Below, piece by piece: positions 52,778 to 63,487 of a DNA stretch of 64,000 nt. The notes under the pieces are model-generated. The model saw nothing but the letters and a program-made list of their open reading frames with translations, did no database searches and had not been told where the DNA came from. This stretch comes from Candidatus Bathyarchaeota archaeon (GTDB taxonomy: Archaea > Thermoproteota > Bathyarchaeia > 40CM-2-53-6), in assembly GCA_963845275.1 (NCBI GenBank), contig CAWJRR010000003.1, forward strand, positions 77,634 through 141,633. Direction: 5' to 3'. Each line of letters starts with the position of its first letter. The stretch's first letter is position 1. The position numbers and the translations under genes are program-made.

Positions 52778-53515
52778 TCAGGCTAACGGGAAGAGTTGCT
52801 GTGGTCGCTCGCGCGCTCCCGGTGAGTGGGTGGCGTACATTCTTACGTAGGGTGCTAGCGATCGCATTATCTTGCTCTCGGCTTTGCGCAAGTGTTCTTC
52901 GAATGTTGTTCGTGGCATCTTGTTCTTGGCGGCAATCTCTTCGGCAGTCACCTTCTTCGGCAAATTATAGTACCCCAAATCCATAGCTGCCATCAATGAA
53001 CCTGCTTGTCGGTCCGTAAGTTGCGATAGGACGGTGCTAAGTGATATTATGAAAGCATCACGTATCGTTTTCTCGGGCATATTTCGCTTCTGAGTAATCT
53101 CCACTGGCCCCGATCGTTCCAAGTCCCGGAAAAGCTTCTTGTAGTCGCTTTCACGAAAGCCGATCACTCTATGCTCCTCCCAGCCGCCAAAATAGATGTC
53201 TGGCGGTATCGAAAGACATGAGTTTCGTTGAACAACATCCGAGATACTAGTACGGATCTTGCCGCATCCGCACGTCTTGATGACAATTTGCAGGTTCTTG
53301 TCGCCAAAGGTCTTCTTAATCGGCCTAGAGCCTCCAAACGAGATCAGTTCCTGTAGGTCAGATTCAATTCGCGTGTAAGTTTCGATGTCTGGGCATTCGA
53401 CCTCTATAACGTCTGTCTTACCGTTGCACCAACCAAGCATCTTCACATCAGGGTGTTTTGCTGAAAATTCCACGTACGGGCAGTCGTGCCGAACCTTGAA
53501 AGAGACCTCGAACAC
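52778..53515 (-). CDS. Transcriptional regulator with a C-terminal HTH_10 (bacterio-opsin activator-type) domain.
   Basis: LTDRQAGSLMAAMDLGYYNLPKKVTAEEIAAKNKMPRTTFEEHLRKAESKIM. Confidence 0.7.
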   Translation of the reverse strand: MFEVSFKVRHDCPYVEFSAKHPDVKMLGWCNGKTDVIEVECPDIETYTRIESDLQELISFGGSRPIKKTFGDKNLQIVIKTCGCGKIRTSISDVVQRNSCLSIPPDIYFGGWEEHRVIGFRESDYKKLFRDLERSGPVEITQKRNMPEKTIRDAFIISLSTVLSQLTDRQAGSLMAAMDLGYYNLPKKVTAEEIAAKNKMPRTTFEEHLRKAESKIMRSLAPYVRMYATHSPGARERPQQLFPLA

Positions 53516-53587
53516 TACGCATCATCACACATCCTCTGTACACGCTCGTCTAATAAGAAATAGGCCGTCTTACGCCGGCTATTTATG

Positions 53588-53626
53588 ACCGGCAGGCGAC
53601 GGCCACGATTTACCGGCATGCGACGG
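53588..53626. promoter_or_regulatory. 15-bp direct repeat (ACCGGCAGGCGACGG / ACCGGCATGCGACGG), 73-111 bp upstream of the HTH_10 regulator start.
   Basis: Two copies at 53588-53602 and 53612-53626, separated by 9 nt. Confidence 0.3.
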
Positions 53627-53912
53627 TACAAAGCACTACTGACGCGATGGCACTACGAGAGTGTATAGAGGAAAAGAGATTGAGCATCATGACCTCTCTG
53701 CTGAATAAGTTAGGATTCATCACCACTTTAAGATCACTGACATTTCTGCCTCCAACACTCCATGCGCGTCAACTCCACATCCCACTGAGCAAGATTAGTC
53801 TTGGTCGGGCATGGAATTCAGACGCAGCCTACCGCCAATTCCAGATTCAATTCAACCGAAACAGAGCCTTCCACGAAATGCGCGCACGATTGCCTGTTGC
53901 GAGGTGAAAAGA

Positions 53913-54239
53913 ATGCAAAGAAGAATGAAAGGTCAGCAAGCTATTCTCATAACAGAGTCAAAACCAGAATTCATGGAAGAATTAAGAACCGACAAACGAA
54001 TTACTTCGATCGTCATCAGGCCTAAGTCGACCCTCGGATTAAAAAGCCCCAACGCATTGAAAGTATCTGACTTGCTCGGGAACGGTACATATACGGTCGA
54101 ACCCTGGAATAACCTGCACCAACTTACATTTCCAATCGACAACCGGGAACTCGTGGTGACAATTCAGCCCAACGCAGATGTCATGGAAATCGCCGACTTG
54201 ATAATGAATCACGTGAATAGCATCGTGGAAAGTACCTAG
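53913..54239 (+). CDS. Hypothetical protein.
   Basis: ORF with internal Met (MQRRMKG...). No motif. Confidence 0.25.
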   Translation: MQRRMKGQQAILITESKPEFMEELRTDKRITSIVIRPKSTLGLKSPNALKVSDLLGNGTYTVEPWNNLHQLTFPIDNRELVVTIQPNADVMEIADLIMNHVNSIVEST

Positions 54240-55248
54240 GGAACTGATGCGCACACGCAACCACAGTTCAAATCTATTTGCCCCCACATAGCTTTTCGAA
54301 CAAAACAGACCTTGTGGAATCCTGTCAAAATACTTAGCAGCCGCTCACGTCAATTGATGCAAGTTTGAGGGGTCGACAGGATGACCGTATATAATGCCCT
54401 CTCATTACTTTCTACGATTAACTTGCTTGAACACGAAGATGCAAGCATGCCCGATTGTAGCTGCACTTGCCTTCAATGCGAAGTTGGCAACCATGAGAAG
54501 TGCGCTTTTGGTACATGTATCCGACTACAACAAGGCGCTATGAAACGAACCCAAGTTCGGTTCCAGTGTATGCCAGCGGATGCCTTCCTAGAAGAATTGG
54601 CGCTGTCAAAATCCACAGACACGAATTGATCATTTGCGAAGACGAGGAGAACATGGCGAGTGATCGTATGAGTTTGCGTGCTCATTGGGGAAGTTGGATG
54701 ATCATAGTTGCAGAGAGTAGTCTAGCATTCCAGTGGCCCGTCGTCAAAGCCAAATCTGATGAAGAAACAGAAGAAGAATGAGAGCAGAATCTATTCTTCA
54801 TTCGGAATAGATCCATAGAGTTCGCACTAGAAGATGTTTACTTTTTCATGAGGTCGTAGTCAAGACCTATCCAGATCACGCTGGCCACGCCGATTATCAC
54901 GCCAGCAGCTAACCACGGAAGGTACGTATAGCTTGTCCAAGTCCACCAAATGTCAACGACCAGTATAATTATCCCCAGGGAGATCGCAAGATAGGATTTC
55001 ACATTACTCATTTTAGGACCCAATGAGGTCAGTTAACGATGTATATCTGACTTTTTCCAATCCCGCCTGCAGCTGCCCAGGCCGGGTCGTCGCAATGCTA
55101 GAGCATAACTCAGACTTATCAGGTCGATTCGAAATTCATCGCCTGAGGTACGATTTTGTGTGTAGTTACTACGGTTGTAGTAATAATAAACGTTTCTACT
55201 ACAAGCGTAGGATATAGGCTCAAATAGGTCTATGCAGTTTGAAACCTA

Positions 55249-55647
55249 GTGGGAATCATGGAAAAGTCGGGTTACAGGTTTGCTATCCTTATTGTGGCGT
55301 TGATCAACGCTATCTTTCATGCTATCTTAGTGCAGTTCATAGTCTACTCATTTTCTACTGGGCTGTACTTCTTGGTTACCGCAATTCTCTTTGCCGCTGG
55401 CGGATTCGCGGCCTTGAGCTCGGGTAAATTATTCAAACCAGCGCTCATGGGCTTATTCGTGCTATCGCTCATCGATAACGTGTTGATCTTCATAACAGCG
55501 AGCTTTGCAACGCCATTGTCCGGTGGGCAAGCATACGGTTGGGCCACTGATTTGAATCCACCCGGCCAGGTACCCGTTTTCATTATCCAGATCGTTCTGA
55601 TGATTCTGACCGCATACCTGTTACTCTCAAAAAGAAAAGCGGCCTAA
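55249..55647 (+). CDS. Hypothetical 4-TM membrane protein.
   Basis: 132 aa, four hydrophobic helices. Confidence 0.4.
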   Translation: MGIMEKSGYRFAILIVALINAIFHAILVQFIVYSFSTGLYFLVTAILFAAGGFAALSSGKLFKPALMGLFVLSLIDNVLIFITASFATPLSGGQAYGWATDLNPPGQVPVFIIQIVLMILTAYLLLSKRKAA

Positions 55648-55763
55648 GCTCCACGTGGTGTGGCGTGGTGCGCACCAAACGACCCGCGAGTATGATCTAT
55701 GTCAAGAGATAGATTGGAAAAATGTGATTTTCAATTGCATGAGCGATAACAAGATTGAGGCGT

Positions 55764-56411
55764 TTATGATTTCAGGATTCTCGCTGCGATACTCCAACTT
55801 CCAAGTTTCATTGCCAACCGCACCCATAGTGCAGTGTAGGCTTCGAGCCAGCGGGCGCCATCAATGCCGCCAATGTCGATGGGTTCTCCCCAACCAAACT
55901 CCTTCACTAAGTTCGCTACCTGTCGCTTTGCTCCTTCGTCGTTTCCGCAAATGATCATGTCCGGGAGACCCTCCTTCATCCTTGGATTCGTCATGGTCTG
56001 GTTGTTCACTATATTGAAGCACTTGACGACCTTAGCGTTGGGAAGCATCCGTTGAATGCGTTCGCCCAAGGAATCGGTTGTGCCGACGAAAAGCCCCGGC
56101 GGCATCCGCTTCGAGAAGTCGAGTGGGTTCGTCGCATCAATAACCAGCTTCCCTTCGAAACTTTCCGTTCCTGCTAGTTTGATCACGTTCTCAGCGGCTT
56201 CCCCTAGAGAGCAAAGGACGATTATCTCGCCATGCGCAGCTGCTTCAGAGAATGTTCCTGCTGAAGCCTTCCCTTTCGTGGTCTTCAACCAATCCTGAAC
56301 TTCCTCCTTCCCAGGGGTACGCGAACCAAGCTTAACATCATGACCGTTCGAAGCGAAACCTTTCCCTAGCGATCTACCAACGGGACCACTACCCAGAATT
56401 CCAATCTTCAT
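55764..56411 (-). CDS. NADP-dependent F420 reductase-like oxidoreductase (Fno/NpdG family).
   Basis: MKIGILGSGPVGRSLGKGFASNGHDVKLGSR Rossmann N-terminus. ORF-track start trimmed to this Met. Confidence 0.7.
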   Translation of the reverse strand: MKIGILGSGPVGRSLGKGFASNGHDVKLGSRTPGKEEVQDWLKTTKGKASAGTFSEAAAHGEIIVLCSLGEAAENVIKLAGTESFEGKLVIDATNPLDFSKRMPPGLFVGTTDSLGERIQRMLPNAKVVKCFNIVNNQTMTNPRMKEGLPDMIICGNDEGAKRQVANLVKEFGWGEPIDIGGIDGARWLEAYTALWVRLAMKLGSWSIAARILKS

Positions 56412-56428
56412 GGCAACCACATTCACAA

Positions 56429-56857
56429 TTAGTGAAGCGTCTTGTAACTCCATTCTCCTTCCTTAAGTTTCAAGCCTTCGATACCGAAACTCCAAGAGAC
56501 CCGCGGAGTAATCCGCAGATACTTGCCTGGCCCAAACATCCCATTATGATCCACAACTTCCGCGGTTCCGTACACTCTAATTGCTTGAGGTCTCCATGGC
56601 TCAATTGACTTCAGATCATCAATGGTCAAGGCGACCGAGTTCTTGCCAGCCTTGACGTTCTTGAATTTGCGGGACCGGTGGAAGATGTCTTGGCTGTGAC
56701 TTCCCACGAAAAAGTACTTTCCATCAAATTCGAACGCTACCGGCACAACATCAGGCTGACCGTCAGAAGAGACTGTGGCAAACCTGCATAGGCGCTGCGT
56801 TTTCATATATTCAATTTCAGGCTTAGAAAACACGTGCGACGCCGATATTGAAGTCAA
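56429..56857 (-). CDS. Pyridoxamine 5'-phosphate oxidase-family (F420/FMN-binding split-barrel) protein.
   Basis: RLCRFATVSSDGQPDVVPVAFEFDGKYFFVGSH. The start may be the internal Met at 56806. Confidence 0.7.
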   Translation of the reverse strand: MTSISASHVFSKPEIEYMKTQRLCRFATVSSDGQPDVVPVAFEFDGKYFFVGSHSQDIFHRSRKFKNVKAGKNSVALTIDDLKSIEPWRPQAIRVYGTAEVVDHNGMFGPGKYLRITPRVSWSFGIEGLKLKEGEWSYKTLH

Positions 56858-57081
56858 TGGCCAAGTATAAATTGACTACTTCGCCCAAGACAACCTTTCG
56901 CTTCCCTTAGCATCTCATATCCCCCTGAGGGGTGTTCATAGTCATGAATTGTCCGAGATGCCCTGTCACTTGTCTTTCTCGATGCGCGATCTTTCATTAG
57001 GGAGCCTTCAGTATAGCGAAGATCTGTTTACAATTAGATCGACTAGATTAATGGAGTGGGGAGAAGCTCGGTCGAGGATCA

Positions 57082-58008
57082 ATGATAGATGTCTTCACCA
57101 TGGCGTTGACCGTATTCGGACTCGCCGTATTCGAGAGTATCACGAGTATTGACAACGCAGTCATTAACGCAGACGTGCTGCGTGGAATGTCGCAGCAAGC
57201 TAGGCATTGGTTCCTTGTCTGGGGCTTGTTAAGTGCGGTCTTTCTAGTGCGTGGTCTGCTTCCACTTGTCATAGTGTGGGCAGCTGATCCGACTCTCGGA
57301 CCGGTCGGCGCGTTTACCGCAACTTTCAGCCAAGACCCTCGGGTTCTGGATGCAGTGGAAGCGTCGAAACCCCCGCTTCTCATAGCGGGTGGCGTTTTTC
57401 TCATGATTCTCTTCTTCCATTGGCTTTTCATGGAAGAGAAGAGCTACGGGCTCAAGGGAGAGAGGTTCATTCATCAACATGGTTTGTGGTTTTACACATT
57501 CGCTTCCGTTCTTCTGGCGTTAATAGCATGGTTGGGGATACAGCGAAATGCATACGTGGGGTTCGGTGCGGTGGTTGGTTCCACAGCATATTTCATTACG
57601 CACGGGTTCAGACAAAGCGCGGAAGAGAATGAAAGGAAACTCATTCACAGGAGCGGGCTAAGCGATATTAGTAAGCTACTCTATCTCGAAGTGATTGATG
57701 CAACCTTCTCGATTGATGGTGTGCTCGGGGCATTCGCATTCACTCTATCTGTTCCATTAATCTTGGTGGGAAACGGGCTTGCAGCAATTGCAGTTCGCCA
57801 GCTGACGGTGCGGAATATTGAGACGGTCAAGAAGTACAAGTATCTCAAGAATGGCGCTATGTATTCCGTGCTCTTTCTCGGGTTGATAATGGTGGCTGAG
57901 AGCTTCGGAGCCAAGATTCCACAGTGGGTTTCGCCCATTATCACTTTTTCAGTGATCGGATTCTTTCTCTGGAAGTCGATGGTTGACCAGCGGACGTCTC
58001 TTTCATAG
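57082..58008 (+). CDS. DUF475 / TerC-like integral membrane protein.
   Basis: Duplicated E-S-x-x-S-I-D-N/G motif (ESITSIDNAVINA and ...TFSIDGVLGAFA). About 8 TM helices. Confidence 0.6.
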   Translation: MIDVFTMALTVFGLAVFESITSIDNAVINADVLRGMSQQARHWFLVWGLLSAVFLVRGLLPLVIVWAADPTLGPVGAFTATFSQDPRVLDAVEASKPPLLIAGGVFLMILFFHWLFMEEKSYGLKGERFIHQHGLWFYTFASVLLALIAWLGIQRNAYVGFGAVVGSTAYFITHGFRQSAEENERKLIHRSGLSDISKLLYLEVIDATFSIDGVLGAFAFTLSVPLILVGNGLAAIAVRQLTVRNIETVKKYKYLKNGAMYSVLFLGLIMVAESFGAKIPQWVSPIITFSVIGFFLWKSMVDQRTSLS

Positions 58009-58312
58009 TAAAACTTGATCAAGCTCATGAATACCAAGAATGTCATCAACTGGCTTCTCGAAGAAAGCCAGCCCTCCATCAGATATCTTGCACTCACCCA
58101 ACTGCTTGGAAGGCTTCAGGACGATCCTGAGGTTCAATCTGCAAAGCAACGTCTAGACGTTCACTATCGTGGTGGTTGTGGACAGTTCTGCGTACTACAG
58201 TTACGGCATATCGGTTTCCCACAGTTCAAACAAGGAGTATACCCGAAGGGAAGGGGAAAGTCTTCTCCGCAATGATTACACTCGTACTTGGGTTTCTCCA
58301 ACGCTATCCACG

Positions 58313-58627
58313 CTACTTCGGATTTACTCTTGGTGGCTCCCAATCGCCTAGCGATTTGAAGAATAGGTGTTCATCTGCTAGCGAATCGCCGCACTTGGCG
58401 CAGGTTACGAGGACACAATGGTAATACTCGCCCGTATCCAGCGGGTCTTTGAATAGTTTTGGAAACCTTGCTTCTCTTTCTTCTTGGTCCAATGATTCCA
58501 AGTAGTCTTCGTCTAAGTCCTTTGGTAGATGGATAGCGAACGATTTGCTATCGCAGTTGGGGCATTTTACGGGAGGAGCAGTGCGGTCTCCAAGTGGATA
58601 TGGCTTCTCTAACGTGCCTTCTTTCAT
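58313..58627 (-). CDS. Small zinc-finger hypothetical protein.
   Basis: CPNCDS...CAKCGDS. Confidence 0.35.
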   Translation of the reverse strand: MKEGTLEKPYPLGDRTAPPVKCPNCDSKSFAIHLPKDLDEDYLESLDQEEREARFPKLFKDPLDTGEYYHCVLVTCAKCGDSLADEHLFFKSLGDWEPPRVNPK

Positions 58628-58956
58628 GGCTACCTCTTAGCTCGCTACCTAGGCTTAAGCCTAAGTGGTCTAGGGTTATAGCTTCAGGATTCTAGCCTCT
58701 CGATACCGGCGCAACATTCCCTTCCCGTGCATCTCACAAGCGTACAGGATCTGGTAGCGTTCTAGGGTTAGTTGGATCGTGGCTTTGCTGTTACAGCCTA
58801 TCGTTGAACAGGTGTTCTGCATGTCCAGCCTCATGGTGAGATTACCCTTGCAGGAGCAGTTATGCTGTGAGAGTAGTGAAAGGATGAGAGGTTGCTGCCG
58901 ATGGCCATGAACCACTGCTGGACTGCACCGGCCGACCCCCAGCAACTAACAATTAA

Positions 58957-59508
58957 ATGGGAAAGAATTTTATTGGGTCGACACGCGCAATAGCTCGTAA
59001 GCAGGTGCTACAGACGGCTACTCGTAGAATACTCATAATCTACGATTCGCGAGATGGTATGACGAAGAAAGTTGCTGATGTTGTTGCTGAAGGAGCCAAA
59101 CGAGTTTCCAAGGTTACGGTTGAAACGAAGATTGCCAATTCAGTATCTACGCAGGACGTTACCGCGGCTGATGGCTATGCGTTCGGGTCCCCGTCACATT
59201 TTGGTTTCATGTCCGGCAAGATTCTAACTCTTCTAACTGACCTCTATTCGATGCGTGATAAAATGGCGGGCAAACCCGTTACGGTCTTTACAACTGGTGC
59301 TGGTGATCAAGCAAAAGCATTGGAAAACCTTGAGCGGATTCTTGGAGCCTTTGATCCTGAGTTTGTGAAGCCTGGCTTAGCAATCGAAACGGTGCCTGGG
59401 CGCGCGCATTCATGGGAGCTCGACAGAGCGGCTGCAGCTGCCCTGGGGGAGAAACTCGCTAAGGTTGTGACAAAACAGAAGCCTTACGACACCAAAGACT
59501 TGTTTTAG
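58957..59508 (+). CDS. Flavodoxin-like / WrbA-type FMN-dependent protein.
   Basis: RILIIYDSRDGMTKKVADVVAEG...AFGSPSHFGFMSGKIL; flavodoxin fold pattern. Confidence 0.6.
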   Translation: MGKNFIGSTRAIARKQVLQTATRRILIIYDSRDGMTKKVADVVAEGAKRVSKVTVETKIANSVSTQDVTAADGYAFGSPSHFGFMSGKILTLLTDLYSMRDKMAGKPVTVFTTGAGDQAKALENLERILGAFDPEFVKPGLAIETVPGRAHSWELDRAAAAALGEKLAKVVTKQKPYDTKDLF

Positions 59509-59577
59509 AACGGTAAGAGAACCAGCGGAATTAAGACGACGAATGATAATAGTGTGATTCTCTTCTTTTACATCACT

Positions 59578-60477
59578 TTAGGGTTGCTTGGTGCCGCAGC
59601 TATCACAGAATTTTAGGTTTGGAGGCAACTCATTTCCGCATTCAATGCAGAACCTCTTACCTTCTGCCGTTTTCGTTGACAGGCGAGCAGCGTCAATGTC
59701 AACCTTTTCTGCTTTCGTGACCGCGGTCTGTCCTTTTCGTCTTGAATACAGGAATACCGCAGCTAATACAACTGCGGCTGTGATTGCAAGAGCCAGGATC
59801 AATTGCGGCGTATCGTCTGTTGATTGTACCGCGGTAGGCTGCTGACTGTATGGCTGTGGTGGTTGAGGCATTTGAAGAGATGGCGTTGATGTGACTGCGC
59901 TCGTAGATGCGTATGTTTGGTTGTTTGTCGCAGTCGCTGTTGCACCATTTACTACTGAGACGTAGAAATCGGCGTAACTATCGGAGCCATGCATAACAGT
60001 ATTCGTCTGGGGAATGAGGGCGACGAAGGCAGCCAACGCCTGGAAATGGTACCGTTGAGGTGTGGCGTTGTAGATGATTGCGTGGAACAACACGGTATCT
60101 GTTCCAGAACTAGAGTATGGCAGAATTAGGCAAGTGGTGAGGAGCTTAGCTCCAGCCAGTGAAGAAAGTTGGCAGGGGTCGGGGTTCGAAGCCGCGGTGC
60201 CATTTGGAGCTGTGGCAGTGCCGTAATAGGTTAGCCCAACGAGAAGAAGCTCATACTGGTTGCTGGTTACTGTTTGTAGAGGAAGTCCCGCGTAGGAGAC
60301 TTGGACTGCAGCGTCAAAGCGTGCTGAACCGTCAGAACTTAGTACGACACTTGGAGGGGAGCTTAGAACTTTGATAGAGGTAGTTTGTGCATGTACGGAC
60401 GGAACAAAAGTGACAAGAACGAGTACTACTCCAATTAGGAGACAGGATAGCAGCTTTCTGGGCTGCATACTTACCAA
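59578..60477 (-). CDS. Surface protein with a signal peptide, a T/S/Q-rich stalk, a TM anchor and a cytoplasmic C-terminal zinc ribbon.
   Basis: C-terminus ...AVVLAAVFLYSRRKGQ...KRFCIECGNELPPNLKFCDSCGTKQP. Same architecture as 18576-19364. Confidence 0.5.
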   Translation of the reverse strand: MVSMQPRKLLSCLLIGVVLVLVTFVPSVHAQTTSIKVLSSPPSVVLSSDGSARFDAAVQVSYAGLPLQTVTSNQYELLLVGLTYYGTATAPNGTAASNPDPCQLSSLAGAKLLTTCLILPYSSSGTDTVLFHAIIYNATPQRYHFQALAAFVALIPQTNTVMHGSDSYADFYVSVVNGATATATNNQTYASTSAVTSTPSLQMPQPPQPYSQQPTAVQSTDDTPQLILALAITAAVVLAAVFLYSRRKGQTAVTKAEKVDIDAARLSTKTAEGKRFCIECGNELPPNLKFCDSCGTKQP

Positions 60478-61683
60478 AAAACAATATCATCTCTTGCGAT
60501 AAAACAACTTGCATTACAAATGGTCTGGGATAGCCAGCTAGAGTGTGTGTTAGTTTCAGCCGTCTTGGCGTAGAGTAGCATGGGAATTCATTCATGGTGC
60601 ACACCAGAAGTGCCGTCCACTTAAATGGCGCTGGACTCTTGGTAGCTGCAGTGAAACCGTCATGCAGCATTACCATGAACATTACCACGAATATCATCAC
60701 GCGATGCCGCTTGGCATAATGATGTGCGTTTATTGTGGAGAGCGTAAGAATATCCAGATGAACAAGCTATCGCGTAATCCCCACAAACAGAACGGGCTGA
60801 GACACCGGATCAGAACGGGCTTGCCCTGCAAGGACATAATGGCCTACCTAGCTGTTCACCGAAAAACTCCGGAGGTGAGTGCATGAAGAAGATTAGAGTA
60901 GCAAACAAATTCTGCAAACAACTGGAAAAGGAAGCGAACCGACAAAACGTGACGCTTGAAGAGCTTGAAGGTCTCTTTATCGGTCTGTTCTCCAAAGACA
61001 TGAAACCATAAGTTCCTTTTCTTTCGTAACACAGACCCTTTTTCCTCATTGAATGTCGAGTCACGTGTTTCGAGCCTCATGGTAAACGCGCGCGTGCTAC
61101 GCGGAAGTCTAACGGTTTTCGTATCAGAAGAAACGCTATGTCCCTGTTTTACGGGACCTGACATGATCCGTCATTCTAGACATGTAAGTTCTTGCGGGGG
61201 ATAAGGAGCCGGTAAAATGCCTGTTGTGGGCGCGGCAATCTCTTCTCAATCTTGGCGATCTCTTTATTCAATCTGTCCAAGTTTCGCTCTGTTCCAGTAA
61301 CTTGCTCAAAATCCTCACTTGAGAGGCTACCTTTTCGAAGTCGACTTAATCTCCGCTTGATGAGCAGATTCACTTTGAGCTCCAGATTCATCCTTCTCTT
61401 CCACAACCGAGTCAATGTCCTTTTCGATGAACGAGGCATAACTCAAATTCACCCCTATTTTTTCAAGACACGTTCTCGTAGAATTCTTCACAATTTTCTT
61501 AGGGATTTATGATCTTCAGACATCAGTATATCAATCCATACGTGGTGAAGAACGACCCCTCGACACGTGGGATGAATCTGCAGATGGTGATTGTCACAAA
61601 GTGAGCAAACATAAACGGGACCTAGTCCCGTCTTCACTCTTTTTCAAGAACTCTTATTAAATTAGAAATTAAATTCTCGCTCG

Positions 61684-62010
61684 ATGTTTATGCCTAAAGC
61701 TGTTTGTAAGGTTCGTAAAGCGAGAACCTTGAAGAAAGCATCTGTCTCTTCAGATAATCTTGTGAATTACTGGAAGGAAGCGGTTGCGTCTACGCCCTGG
61801 AAGTTCTTCCAACTTTATCCTTCACAGCTCGTCGCCGAGTTGAACGCTGGCAATAGCTCGATATGCATCATAGACAACAGGGAAGCGACGGACATCCCGG
61901 GCGGTGCAGGATACCGCAACCTCCATGGAGGGATGGCAGATTGGAACAACCCGATCGTGACCGGCACAGATCCGGAGATCTGGACAACCTTCAACCTGAC
62001 CAGCCAATAG
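61684..62010 (+). CDS. Small rhodanese-like domain protein.
   Basis: CIIDNREATDIPGGAGYRNLHGGMADW. Confidence 0.5.
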   Translation: MFMPKAVCKVRKARTLKKASVSSDNLVNYWKEAVASTPWKFFQLYPSQLVAELNAGNSSICIIDNREATDIPGGAGYRNLHGGMADWNNPIVTGTDPEIWTTFNLTSQ

Positions 62011-62015
62011 GAGCG

Positions 62016-62756
62016 GTGGCCTTCCAATTGACTTCTGTCTTCAAGCAAATCAATAGGGTTGATTCAGGCTGCGTCTCTTACATCGTAGCCTCCAGAGAAA
62101 CAGGTCAATGCGTGATAGTGGACCCGCTTCTTGATATTGAAACAGTTCTGAACGAGGCAAGAGCAGCGGGTTTTGATAGAATAACTCACGTGATTGACAC
62201 GCACACCCATGCTGACCACATATCTGGTGCAAGAAATATCACTAAGACTTTCGGCCTTGCAGGCGTATACATGCATGTGAATTCAGGTAGCAGTTTCAAG
62301 ACAATTCCGGTGCAGGACGGCGATGTAATGCGACTTGGGAGCACTAGGCTGCAATTCATTCACACACCTGGCCACACCAATGATCACATATGCATTATGA
62401 TCAACGATTCCAAGCTACTGACAGGCGACACTCTGCTGATAGGAGACGTCGGAAGAATAGATCTAGGAGGAGATCAACGCAAGAACTCTGACATGCTCTA
62501 TGAGAGCCTCCACAGCAAATTGCTGAAACTAGACGACAATGTGGAAGTCTTTCCTACTCACATAGGTGCGGCCCATCATATTGGATCAAGCAAGTCATCG
62601 ACATTGGGCGGGGAGAAAGCGGGCAATCCCGCACTAAGACTCGGGAATAAGGATGAGTTCTTCAAGTACATGACAGAAGATTGGCCTCCAAAACCGCCAG
62701 ATTATCAGAACATAGTAAGGCTCAATCGGGGCCAAGTATCAATCCCGATGACTTAA
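62016..62756 (+). CDS. Metallo-beta-lactamase-fold hydrolase, persulfide dioxygenase (ETHE1)-like; GTG start.
   Basis: THTHADHISG, HTPGHTNDHICIM, LLTGDTLLIGDVGR. Confidence 0.7.
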   Translation: MAFQLTSVFKQINRVDSGCVSYIVASRETGQCVIVDPLLDIETVLNEARAAGFDRITHVIDTHTHADHISGARNITKTFGLAGVYMHVNSGSSFKTIPVQDGDVMRLGSTRLQFIHTPGHTNDHICIMINDSKLLTGDTLLIGDVGRIDLGGDQRKNSDMLYESLHSKLLKLDDNVEVFPTHIGAAHHIGSSKSSTLGGEKAGNPALRLGNKDEFFKYMTEDWPPKPPDYQNIVRLNRGQVSIPMT

Positions 62757-62968
62757 GGCTAATTAGCAGCACACGACACGTTGTCGCACCCACATTCCCT
62801 TGACCTATCACTGACATCCTCTGGGCTTAAGCGCGCGAATACGGTTTGAATTTCTGGCGATATGTGGGTCTGGCGGACTGACGGTTTTCGTATTAGTTTA
62901 GGAGGGTTAGTGGCTTGACTGAGCTTAGACTAGGAAATCGCCTATTCATGTTATTCTCTTAAACCGTC

Positions 62969-63385
62969 TCATGAGGTTTCAGTTGGATACCCCGAGTTGA
63001 TCCATGCTGTTATGCCTCCGTCCATGTTGTATACTTGGGTGAAACCTGCCTTCACGAGAATTGCGCTGGCTTGAGCGCTCCTGTGTCCTGTGCGGCAGTA
63101 TACAAGTATTGGCCGATTCGGGTCAAGTCCGCTAATTCGAAGTGGCAGATCAGATAATGGAATGTTGACCGCGCCTTTCAAGTGCCCTTGCGTGTATTCC
63201 TCAGGGGTTCTTACATCGACAACCAGTAAGTTGGGAGATGACTGTATCATTGCTCTTGCATCCGATGCGGAAATAGTCTTGTAGGCGAGTTGCTGTCCGA
63301 CGCAGAAGAAATTGAAACATGAAATGGTCGCAATGATAACTACGGCAAGACTTGCCAGAACAAGAGATAATCGACGCCTATTCAC
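62969..63385 (-). CDS. Rhodanese (sulfurtransferase) with an N-terminal signal-anchor.
   Basis: LVVDVRTPEEYTQGHLKGAVNIPL...ILVYCRTGHRSAQA, with the active-site Cys in CRTGHR. Confidence 0.85.
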   Translation of the reverse strand: MNRRRLSLVLASLAVVIIATISCFNFFCVGQQLAYKTISASDARAMIQSSPNLLVVDVRTPEEYTQGHLKGAVNIPLSDLPLRISGLDPNRPILVYCRTGHRSAQASAILVKAGFTQVYNMDGGITAWINSGYPTETS

Positions 63386-63487
63386 TTGAGTACTCCACCA
63401 TCATGAGGAAGATTCATCGTACCCAATAAAATAGTGTGCGTGCGCACCATCAGACCCCCCCCAGAAAAACGACCCACACGGAAAAAA

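Noticed and set aside
60332-60700. Minus-strand 122-aa ORF overlapping the 5' end of the surface-protein gene.
   Set aside because: It overlaps a better-supported gene and has no motif. Probably spurious.
60886-61014. 42-aa plus-strand ORF MKKIRVANKFCKQLEKEANRQNVTLEELEGLF… (RHH-like flavour).
   Set aside because: Too short and unsupported. Recorded only as a possible micro-ORF.
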